IMG/VR virus record: IMGVR_UViG_3300010376_000107
Location: 1 to 27,973 of that record
DNA length: 27,973 bases
Origin: a virus
Lineage: Duplodnaviria > Caudoviricetes
Reading direction: 5' to 3' (one strand)
Shown here: piece by piece, positions 17,118-23,925 of the stretch
Layout: every line of letters starts with the position of its first letter
How positions within the stretch are numbered: position 1 is the first letter of the stretch
Notes under the pieces: model-generated
Databases searched by the model: none
Told to the model about the DNA's origin: nothing
The model's input: the letters and a program-made list of their open reading frames with translations, nothing else
Program-made: the position numbers and the translations under genes

Positions 17118-17344
17118 CGCCGATCTCCCTCTCGGTCGCCCGTCTGCTCGCCATCGACCGTCTCGGCGACCTCGCGCTTGAAGTAAGCGGTCACCACGCC
17201 GTGGTTCTCGACCGCGACGAGATCCCACCCCTCGGCGCCGAACCGGTCGAGGACGAGCTGCTGCGCGGCCGCCTGGCCGCCCGAGATCGGCTCGCCGCTC
17301 GCGGTGCGCAACTCGACCACCTTGTGCTCGAACTTCGTCGCCAT
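17114..17344 (-). CDS. DUF4177-like small protein (76 aa)
   Basis: GGGGAGG RBS. KFEHKVVEL...LDRFGAEGWDLVAV...YFKRE matches the DUF4177 pattern. Confidence 0.75.
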   Translation of the reverse strand: MATKFEHKVVELRTASGEPISGGQAAAQQLVLDRFGAEGWDLVAVENHGVVTAYFKREVAETVDGEQTGDREGDRR

Positions 17345-17358
17345 CGGCCCGCCTCCCC

Positions 17359-17823
17359 TCAACTGATCCCGACCAAGTACCCGCCCTGCTGCGCGAGCGC
17401 CATGTACTGACGCCCCCACGGGGTCTTGAGCGTCTGCAGGTCGAGCATCGTGAACAGCTCGGCCGCCTTCTGGACGACCATCGACTGCGACGTCGACTCG
17501 TCCGCCGAGGAGCTTATCACGCCCGACACGAACTCGTTGATGTGGAGCTTCGTCCGCAGGTCGGAGAAAAACGTCTGCGGGGGCGGGCCCGCCTGGTCGG
17601 GGCAGACGTTCACCAGCGCGTCGGCGCCCAGGTTGTAGAGCGCCTGGGCGTAGTAGTTCGGGCTCGTCGCCGGCGAGGGCACGCTCGCGAGCGTCGGGTC
17701 GACGATCATCACGGCGAAGTCGTAGGCCGTCTGGATGAAAGGCGAGTTGTCGGGGAGCGCCGTGGTCGGGATCGCCACGGTGGTCCGCAGGAAGTTGAGG
17801 AACCCCGCGAGCGTCGGCCCCAC
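17359..17823 (-). CDS. Head-tail adaptor (DUF4054-like, 154 aa)
   Basis: ALYNLGAD.L, GVISSSADESTS and LQTLKTPWGRQYMALAQ motifs; position after the capsid gene. Confidence 0.8.
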   Translation of the reverse strand: MGPTLAGFLNFLRTTVAIPTTALPDNSPFIQTAYDFAVMIVDPTLASVPSPATSPNYYAQALYNLGADALVNVCPDQAGPPPQTFFSDLRTKLHINEFVSGVISSSADESTSQSMVVQKAAELFTMLDLQTLKTPWGRQYMALAQQGGYLVGIS

Positions 17824-17841
17824 GGCGCGCCCCCCTCGGCT

Positions 17842-18369
17842 CTACTGCTTGCCGCGAGAGCGGCGGCGCCGCGCGGCGGTCTTGGCGTCGTCGCGCGTGA
17901 CCCGCACGCCCTCGCCGAACGGCTTCTCGCGGTACCCGCCGCGGGGCTCTTCCTCGGCCGCGCTCATCTCGACCTCGCGCAGGCGCGTGCCCGTGCCCAT
18001 CTCGTCGAGCTGGCCCTCGATGACGTTGTTCACCGCGATCGCCGCGTCCCTGCGCAGCTGCTCGCCGCGGGCCTGGAGGACGATCTGGTTGGAGTCGATC
18101 GCGAGCTGCAGGCGCTCGACCTTGATCGGCTTGCCGATCGAGTAGCAGAGGCCGGCGAAGTTCTTCACCTTGCCCGCCTCCTCGGCGGGGATCAGCCCGT
18201 ACACGCGGTGCTGGTCGACGATGGCGTCGATCTGCGCCGTGTTGAGGTCGCCGGAGATTCTGACCTGCGTGCCGATGGCGATGTCCTGCACGCGCACCCC
18301 GCCCTGCTCGGGGACGCGGTAGCAAAACTGCTGCACCTGTTTCGTGGCGTTGCCGATGTAGAGGTCCAT
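17842..18369 (-). CDS. Conserved-position head-associated hypothetical protein (175 aa)
   Basis: AAGGA RBS; lies between capsid and adaptor genes; strong codon bias. Confidence 0.8.
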   Translation of the reverse strand: MDLYIGNATKQVQQFCYRVPEQGGVRVQDIAIGTQVRISGDLNTAQIDAIVDQHRVYGLIPAEEAGKVKNFAGLCYSIGKPIKVERLQLAIDSNQIVLQARGEQLRRDAAIAVNNVIEGQLDEMGTGTRLREVEMSAAEEEPRGGYREKPFGEGVRVTRDDAKTAARRRRSRGKQ

Positions 18370-18374
18370 GGTCC

Positions 18375-18608
18375 TTAGTCCTTCCTGTCCTGCCTCTCCG
18401 AAAACTTCTCGATGGTGTCGCCCTGGCCGTTGAGCACGTAGGCGGTACCCTTGAACACCACCCGCTCGGTCAGCCCGCCGCTCGGGGAGGTCACTTCGGC
18501 GTACACGAAAGGCCCGCCGTCGTCACGCCCCCGGCCGAACGTCACGCCCGCGATCTCGATGAGGCGAAACCCGTCCGGGCGCCCTGGCTCGGTCACCTTG
18601 AGGAACAC
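18375..18608 (-). CDS. Hypothetical protein (77 aa)
   Basis: AGGAGG RBS with GTG start; ends ...GTAYVLNGQGDTIEKF... Confidence 0.75.
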   Translation of the reverse strand: MFLKVTEPGRPDGFRLIEIAGVTFGRGRDDGGPFVYAEVTSPSGGLTERVVFKGTAYVLNGQGDTIEKFSERQDRKD

Positions 18609-18620
18609 TGCCTGCCTCCT

Positions 18621-18668
18621 GAAATCGAAACCGGGGGCGAGGTCGGCTCCTGATGCCCTCGCCCCCGG
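18621..18668 (-). terminator. Probable intrinsic terminator after the major capsid gene
   Basis: Perfect 12-bp inverted repeat CCGGGGGCGAGG / CCTCGCCCCCGG (18631-18642 and 18657-18668), followed by TTTCGATTTC on the minus strand. Confidence 0.65.
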
Positions 18669-18699
18669 CCCGCCTCTCCCCCAGCTCCGAGGCTGGAGA

Positions 18700-19722
18700 T
18701 TACTGATACTGCATCGAGATGATCGTGACCGCCTCGGGGCGGACGCCCCACCCGGAGGTCACGCGGAACTCCGACAGCACGTCGATCGCGCCGCCCGGCA
18801 GCGGGGTCGGGATCTCCTTCGGCGCCGCCATGTCGCAGAGCATGAGCGTGCACGCCTCGAGGCCCGGCGCGAGCTTGGCGAACTCGTTCGTGTTGAAGTT
18901 CGAGCCCTGCGGCTTCTCGACCTCGGGCATCACGATGATGACCGCGTCGACGCCGCCCGAGCCCTTGCCGATCAGCGTGTCGTCGTAGACCCAACTGATC
19001 TCGTCGTCGTTCATGTTCGCCGCGTCCTTGACCACGCCCGCGGTCGAGGTCGAGCCGGCGCCGACGCGCTGGTACTGAACGAGCTGCACGATGTTCTGGT
19101 ACTCGAAAGCGCCGAGCACGCGCTGCGGGCCGAGGATCGTGAACTTGCGACCGATGCCGAGCTGGTTGGTGCGCGTCTTGATCGCCGAGAGCTGCGCGAT
19201 CAGGAAGAAGGCCATCTGGCCGTTGTCGTAGGTCACGACGGTGAAATTGCCGTTCGAGTCCGGCGGCAGGTTAACGGCCGTCGCCCCGTTGGTGTTGATG
19301 AGGCCTTCGCCGTTCGCCGGGTTGAAACCGTACAGCAGCGCCGAGCGCGCGAGCTGGAAGTGACCCTGACGCATCCCGAGCCGTTGCGCCTCGACGATCG
19401 ACACGCCCCAGTGGCCCATGGCGGCCGTGTCGTGGTGGTCGTACTCGGCCCTCACCCGCTGGAGGTAGGTCGGCGTGCTGATCTGGCTCATCGCGACCGA
19501 GCAGGACGGCAGGAGGTTGTAGGCGCTCTGGCCGGCCGCCACGCGGGTGCGCACGTCGACCCGCTTGATGTAGGCGACGAGGTCGCCGTCCGAGAGACGC
19601 ACGAGCGGCTCGCCGGTGGGCAGCAGGTGGAACGCGCCCGACGCCTGGCTGTACGGCAGCAGGAGCTCGGGGACCGTGTAGGACGGGTGGACCTGGATGA
19701 AGGCCGGGGCGATGTTCGCCAT
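18700..19722 (-). CDS. Major capsid protein (340 aa)
   Basis: Size and position after the protease/scaffold and decoration genes. LLYGFNPANGEGLIN and C-terminal RVTSGWGVRPEAVTII fit an HK97-fold capsid. Strong codon bias. Confidence 0.88.
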   Translation of the reverse strand: MANIAPAFIQVHPSYTVPELLLPYSQASGAFHLLPTGEPLVRLSDGDLVAYIKRVDVRTRVAAGQSAYNLLPSCSVAMSQISTPTYLQRVRAEYDHHDTAAMGHWGVSIVEAQRLGMRQGHFQLARSALLYGFNPANGEGLINTNGATAVNLPPDSNGNFTVVTYDNGQMAFFLIAQLSAIKTRTNQLGIGRKFTILGPQRVLGAFEYQNIVQLVQYQRVGAGSTSTAGVVKDAANMNDDEISWVYDDTLIGKGSGGVDAVIIVMPEVEKPQGSNFNTNEFAKLAPGLEACTLMLCDMAAPKEIPTPLPGGAIDVLSEFRVTSGWGVRPEAVTIISMQYQ

Positions 19723-19757
19723 GGTGGTGTGCTCCTAGGAGGGTTTGCCTGCCGACC

Positions 19758-20630
19758 TCAGATGAGGATGACCGCGACGTTGCCCGCGCGGTTCCAGGTC
19801 GCGAATCCGGTGTTCGGGTCGAACGACACCGTCATCGAGTTGCCGAACTGGAAGTCGAGGACCTTCACCGGCACCGCGCCGCCGCCGGCCGGGACGATGC
19901 CGCCCGACACGTAGGCGCCGGGGTTGCTGGCGAGGGCGACCACGATGGTCGAGCCCGCGGTGCCGGCCAGCGTCTTGTAGAAGCCGTTGTATCCGGCCGG
20001 GACGACGCCGCTCACCTGGATGTCCGAGCCGACGCTGATGCCGTGGCCCGCCGAGGTGGTGAACGTCGCCTGACCGCCCGAGGTCGACGCCCACGTGGCG
20101 TTCGTGATGGTCGCCTGCGACCACGCCGCCTGGAACGGGGAGAGCTGCTGCGCCCCGAAGTCCCACGACACCTGCTGCGTCTCGGGCGAGCTTTCGAGCG
20201 AGGCGAGCGCGGGGTCGCACGCGACGCAGATGCGCGCCCCCGAGCCGAGCCGGAAGAAGTTCACCAGCATGCCGGCGGCCGCGAGCGGCACCGGCGACTG
20301 CGGGCTGTTGATCATCGCGTGGTCTTGGTTGAACACGCTGAAGCCCTGCAGGGCGCCCGCCGCCCCGGTGGCGCTGATCGTCGTCGCGCGGGCGACCGAC
20401 GGGCCGAGGTTCGGCAGCGGCGTGCCGGCCGCGCCCGGGATGCCGAGGTTCACGCCGACGCCGCCCCACATGGGCAGCGTGTCGGTCGAGGCGAGATAGC
20501 CGCCGGCGAGCTGGTTGCGGATCGCCGGGTCGTCGAGCATCGTGCCGGCGATGAAGCCCTCGCTCGAAACCTGGAAGGAGCCCGACGCCACGGTCGTGGT
20601 GATCGGGTTGAAGGTGATCGTGGAGACCAT
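19758..20630 (-). CDS. Head decoration / cement protein with an inserted beta module (290 aa)
   Basis: Lies between scaffold and capsid genes. LPMWGGVGV, GFSVFNQDHAMINSPQSPVP and FFRLGSGARI motifs. Confidence 0.78.
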   Translation of the reverse strand: MVSTITFNPITTTVASGSFQVSSEGFIAGTMLDDPAIRNQLAGGYLASTDTLPMWGGVGVNLGIPGAAGTPLPNLGPSVARATTISATGAAGALQGFSVFNQDHAMINSPQSPVPLAAAGMLVNFFRLGSGARICVACDPALASLESSPETQQVSWDFGAQQLSPFQAAWSQATITNATWASTSGGQATFTTSAGHGISVGSDIQVSGVVPAGYNGFYKTLAGTAGSTIVVALASNPGAYVSGGIVPAGGGAVPVKVLDFQFGNSMTVSFDPNTGFATWNRAGNVAVILI

Positions 20631-20673
20631 GGCGCTCTAGCTCCCCTGTGGGCCGCCGGTTTCGGGTTTCTGC

Positions 20674-21624
20674 TCAGGCGTCCTGGCGCGTGACGATGCG
20701 CCCGACCTTCCGCGCCGGCCGGCTGAGGCCGGCGATGAACGTGTTCTTGCCGAAGAACATGGTCACGCGCCCCCCGGTGGCGGGGTTGACGCGGTGGACC
20801 TCGCGCATCTGACCCGGCTGCAGGTCGGTCGGCGCGTTCGCCGCCGTCACCGAGTCGGCGTAGATCTGCCGCTCGGCGATCGTGAAGGCGGCGCCGTCCG
20901 CGGCGACCACGCCGAGGTTGACGTCCTTCCACGCCGGGCTGTGCGTCTTGAGCTTGTTCGCGACGCGCAGGCGGTAGGCGGCGAGGCTCTCGCCGACGAG
21001 GGGGCGCGGGGCCCGCTCGCCGAAGGCGCACATCACGTCGTCGGCGCGCGACTGAGCGTCGGCGAGGTCGTGGTAGTCCTTGTCGGAGAGCTGCATGGGC
21101 ACCAGGCGCTCGACCCGGGCGAGGCGGCCGAGGACGTCGGCGCCGGCCGAATCTTTCTTGGCGTCTTCTTTGCCTTCGTCGTCGTCGTCGCGCTTGCGGC
21201 CGTCGCCGCGCGCGGGTTCCTTCTTGTCAGGTTCCTCGGCGTCGCGGCGCTTGGCGTCTTTTTTGTCGGCTGCCTTCTCGTCGTCGCCGTCCTCGTCGTC
21301 GTCTTTCTTGCGGGAGGCGTCGTCTCGCGCCTTGTCGTCGCGGGCCTTGTCGTCCCGGTGCTTGTCGTCGCGCTTCGCGGCGTCGTCGCGAGCCTTGTCC
21401 TTCGCCTCCATGGCGTCCATGCGATCGTGCAGGTTTTTCATGGAGTCCTTGACCGACCCGAGCCCGGCGAGGATCGTGTCGAGCTTGTCGCCCGCGTCGG
21501 CGTCGGCCTTCTTGTCGGCCTTGTCCCCGCCCTCGTCTTCGCCTTTCTTCGGGGGAAACTCGTCTTTGCGCTTCGCCGCGTCCTCGCGCTTCTCGTCCGC
21601 GTCGGCTCGCACTGCATCGGCCAT
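20674..21624 (-). CDS. Nested in-frame scaffold protein from an internal start (316 aa)
   Basis: GCGGGAGACTTAGCC-ATG at 21624 is in frame, and A/T-ending codons increase locally around this start. Confidence 0.6.
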   Translation of the reverse strand: MADAVRADADEKREDAAKRKDEFPPKKGEDEGGDKADKKADADAGDKLDTILAGLGSVKDSMKNLHDRMDAMEAKDKARDDAAKRDDKHRDDKARDDKARDDASRKKDDDEDGDDEKAADKKDAKRRDAEEPDKKEPARGDGRKRDDDDEGKEDAKKDSAGADVLGRLARVERLVPMQLSDKDYHDLADAQSRADDVMCAFGERAPRPLVGESLAAYRLRVANKLKTHSPAWKDVNLGVVAADGAAFTIAERQIYADSVTAANAPTDLQPGQMREVHRVNPATGGRVTMFFGKNTFIAGLSRPARKVGRIVTRQDA

Positions 21625-22683
21625 GGCTAAGTCTCCCGCTGCCTCTGTCCGCACCCCAGAGGGTGCTTTGCCCTTGTCCCAGACGCCGACCTCGCAGACC
21701 GCGAGGTGATCCAGGAGCGATGGTTTGCCCTCGATCAACAGGGTGGAGCCGTCCTCGAGCTTCACCTGGTCGTTCACGCTCGGATCGCGGAACACGACCG
21801 CCGGGGAGGTCGACAGCTGCTCGGTCTCCATCAGGCGACCAGCCGCCTCGTCGTAAATCTTGGCGACCCCCCAGACCTCGTCGCCCTTGATGTAGGGCAA
21901 CAGGATCGTGCCGATGACCCGATCGGCGAACTCTTTCGAGTTGAGCGTAGCACGAGTCGGGTGCTCCCACACAACGGGTAGCCCGTTGCACCGCGCGAGA
22001 AACTCGGGGTTGAGGTAGTGCTCGGGCCGCCGGTAGGCGTACTCGTCGAGCTTCTTGCGGTAGGCCGTGCCGGTCCCGGTCACGCGCAGGTCGAACAGCC
22101 ACAGCGTCTCGTAGCGCTGCGGCGAGGCGAGCTCCCCCGCGGCGATCAGGCGCGCGACACCCAGCTCGTCGAGCGCGAGGCGCGCGAGCGCGACGCGGCA
22201 GCCGGGGTGCAGAGGCTCGGGCGGCTGGTCGGGCGGCGCCCACGCGTAGCCCACGTGCTCGTCGTTCACCTCGGGGTCGAACGGTTTCATGCCGCGCGCC
22301 GCGAACGTGGTGAAGTCGACGGGCTCGACCTCCGGGGCCTGCGCGGGGGCGGTCGGCGGCGCCACAGGGGCGGCTGCTGGATTGCCGTTCGCAGCCTCGA
22401 TCTGCGCCCTCGCCGTCGCCTCGACCGACGCAGGCGGGGCCGAGATCACCGCCCCCGGGGGATCGGCTTTCACGCGGCGCGTCCACGGCAGCAGGTCGCC
22501 CTTGAGCGCGACGCCCGTCTCTTCCTTGAACTCGCGCCGCGCCGCCTGCTCGGGCGTCTCGCCGTCCTCGACGCGCCCCCCGGGCAGGCACCACTCGCCC
22601 GGGTGGTCGGCCGTCGGCGCGCGCTTGAGGAACAGCACGCGGCCGTTGACCATGCAGAGGACGCCGGCGCCGCGGATCGTCAT
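20674..22683 (-). CDS. NUDIX hydrolase - DUF2213-type prohead protease - scaffold fusion (669 aa)
   Basis: Complete Nudix box GGRVEDGETPEQAARREFKEETGV. Protease-like region GLPVVWEHP..LSTSPAV..LLDHLAVC. D/K/R-rich C-terminal scaffold. Confidence 0.88.
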   Translation of the reverse strand: MTIRGAGVLCMVNGRVLFLKRAPTADHPGEWCLPGGRVEDGETPEQAARREFKEETGVALKGDLLPWTRRVKADPPGAVISAPPASVEATARAQIEAANGNPAAAPVAPPTAPAQAPEVEPVDFTTFAARGMKPFDPEVNDEHVGYAWAPPDQPPEPLHPGCRVALARLALDELGVARLIAAGELASPQRYETLWLFDLRVTGTGTAYRKKLDEYAYRRPEHYLNPEFLARCNGLPVVWEHPTRATLNSKEFADRVIGTILLPYIKGDEVWGVAKIYDEAAGRLMETEQLSTSPAVVFRDPSVNDQVKLEDGSTLLIEGKPSLLDHLAVCEVGVWDKGKAPSGVRTEAAGDLAMADAVRADADEKREDAAKRKDEFPPKKGEDEGGDKADKKADADAGDKLDTILAGLGSVKDSMKNLHDRMDAMEAKDKARDDAAKRDDKHRDDKARDDKARDDASRKKDDDEDGDDEKAADKKDAKRRDAEEPDKKEPARGDGRKRDDDDEGKEDAKKDSAGADVLGRLARVERLVPMQLSDKDYHDLADAQSRADDVMCAFGERAPRPLVGESLAAYRLRVANKLKTHSPAWKDVNLGVVAADGAAFTIAERQIYADSVTAANAPTDLQPGQMREVHRVNPATGGRVTMFFGKNTFIAGLSRPARKVGRIVTRQDA
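21170..21610 (-). repeat. Low-complexity K/R-x-D-[D/A] repeats in the scaffold (e.g. RDDKARDDKARDD)
   Basis: Imperfect 15-bp tandem units at about 21320-21400, within a wider D/K/R-rich tract. Confidence 0.8.
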
Positions 22684-23432
22684 CGATGGTCAGCCTCGCC
22701 GTGGCTCGCCTCGCCGCCGCCCGGCATCGGCTTGCGGTCGCCCTCGTGGTCATTGCGTTTCTGCCACGCGACCTCGCCGTCGTATTTGCCGCCCTTCGAC
22801 TCGACGTATTCGGCGCCCTGCTTTTTCGCCTCGGCGACTGCCTCACGGAACGTCTTGCGCGACCCGATGACCCGGTCGCCCTTGTAGATCAAATATGATT
22901 CCGCATCATCGTCGCCGCGCCGCTGCGCGCGGTCGGCCGCCTCGCCCGCCGCCTCGATCGCCTTGACGACGGAGCCGCGGTCGTAGGTCCCCGGGGGCGG
23001 CGCCCCGTAATCCTCGGCGCCCTCGGGGCCCGCCGCGTCGCTGCGCTTCCCCGCCTCGGTGACCTTCCACCCGGGGTTCTCGGCTTCCGCCTGCTCGGAA
23101 GGGTTCTTGTACTTTTGGTCAGGCGACAGCGTGACCGTCTTCGTCTCTTTGCCCTTGCGCAGCTTGGCGTAGTACGTCCCGGCGTCGCCACGCGCGAGCC
23201 CCTTCGACAGCGCGAAATCTCCCTCGGCGCGCTCGAGCCGGGCCTCGGCGGCGCGCACGTCGAGCTGGCTGCAGTCGCCGTTCTCGAAACGTTGCCGCGC
23301 GAGGCCCAGCTCGTCGCGGGCGCGGGCGACCAGGATCTCGTTGATCTCGACCTGGGTGTGGTCGTCGCCGCGGACGATGCTCTTGACGGTGGCGACCCCG
23401 GCGTCGAGGCGGGCGCGGTCGAGGATGGTCAT
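22680..23432 (-). CDS. Modular 250-aa protein with R-x-D junctions (candidate internal head protein)
   Basis: Start re-called to ATG 23432 (GGAG RBS, ATGA overlap). Its stop overlaps the protease start. Confidence 0.78.
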   Translation of the reverse strand: MTILDRARLDAGVATVKSIVRGDDHTQVEINEILVARARDELGLARQRFENGDCSQLDVRAAEARLERAEGDFALSKGLARGDAGTYYAKLRKGKETKTVTLSPDQKYKNPSEQAEAENPGWKVTEAGKRSDAAGPEGAEDYGAPPPGTYDRGSVVKAIEAAGEAADRAQRRGDDDAESYLIYKGDRVIGSRKTFREAVAEAKKQGAEYVESKGGKYDGEVAWQKRNDHEGDRKPMPGGGEASHGEADHR

Positions 23433-23605
23433 CGTCGTTGCTCCGGGGAAACCCAGGGATCGAGCATGCCGGCCGTCGTGCGCCCCTGGAAGACGCAGCC
23501 GTACTTGAAACCGAGGCGGCGCCGGCGCCACACGCTCTCGGCGCGCGCGCCGTAACAGACCTGCAGCACCGCCCACTCGATCAGCGCCTCGAGGGTCGCG
23601 TTCAC
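23429..23605 (-). CDS. Hypothetical protein (58 aa, MNATLEALIEWAVLQVCYG...)
   Basis: Not in the ORF track; translated by hand. GTGA overlap at the start and ATGA overlap at the end. Confidence 0.55.
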   Translation of the reverse strand: MNATLEALIEWAVLQVCYGARAESVWRRRRLGFKYGCVFQGRTTAGMLDPWVSPEQRR

Positions 23606-23727
23606 GGCAGCCTCGTGCCCGGGAAGAACGGCAGGGCTGCTGCGGGCCCCCTGACCATGATCTCGATCGCGAGGGCGACGAGGCCGAGCAGCACGGCCCA
23701 GGCGCCGACGAAGAGCAGGACGTCCAT
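23602..23727 (-). CDS. Single-TM micro-protein (41 aa, MDVLLFVGAWAVLLGLVALAIEIMVRG...)
   Basis: ATG 8 nt after the upstream stop; one hydrophobic helix; coupled to the next ORF. Confidence 0.55.
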   Translation of the reverse strand: MDVLLFVGAWAVLLGLVALAIEIMVRGPAAALPFFPGTRLP

Positions 23728-23735
23728 CGGGGCGC

Positions 23736-23855
23736 CTACTTGCCGCGCATCGCGGCGACGATCTCGCGCAGCTTGCGCTTGATCTGGGCCTGGGTCTTGC
23801 CCTTGACCCACCGGTCGACGACGAGTTTCGCGCCGATCTGCTGGAGCTTCTTCAT
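23736..23855 (-). CDS. Basic micro-protein (39 aa, MKKLQQIGAKLVVDRWVKGKTQAQIKRKLREIVAAMRGK)
   Basis: Not in the ORF track; translated by hand. Strong GGGGAGAGG RBS and near-uniform G/C third positions. Confidence 0.65.
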   Translation of the reverse strand: MKKLQQIGAKLVVDRWVKGKTQAQIKRKLREIVAAMRGK

Positions 23856-23895
23856 GGTGTGACCTCTCCCCGAATCGAAACCACGACGCGCCGCG

Positions 23896-23925
23896 ACGAT
23901 AACACCGCCCCGGGGGCGATCACAA
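23896..23925 (-). promoter_or_regulatory. Candidate sigma70-type promoter for the micro-gene cluster
   Basis: TTGTGA-N18-TATCGT with a TG extended -10 motif, in the gap after the MuF gene. Confidence 0.35.

Noticed and set aside
21170-21610. CRISPR-like or DNA-level functional repeat array
   Set aside because: The repeats are imperfect, codon-phased and encode the low-complexity scaffold, with no spacer structure.
22680-23432. RGD motifs as eukaryotic integrin-binding sites
   Set aside because: Variants RSD, RAD and RND occupy equivalent positions, and the context is a phage head cluster, so a processing motif is more parsimonious.
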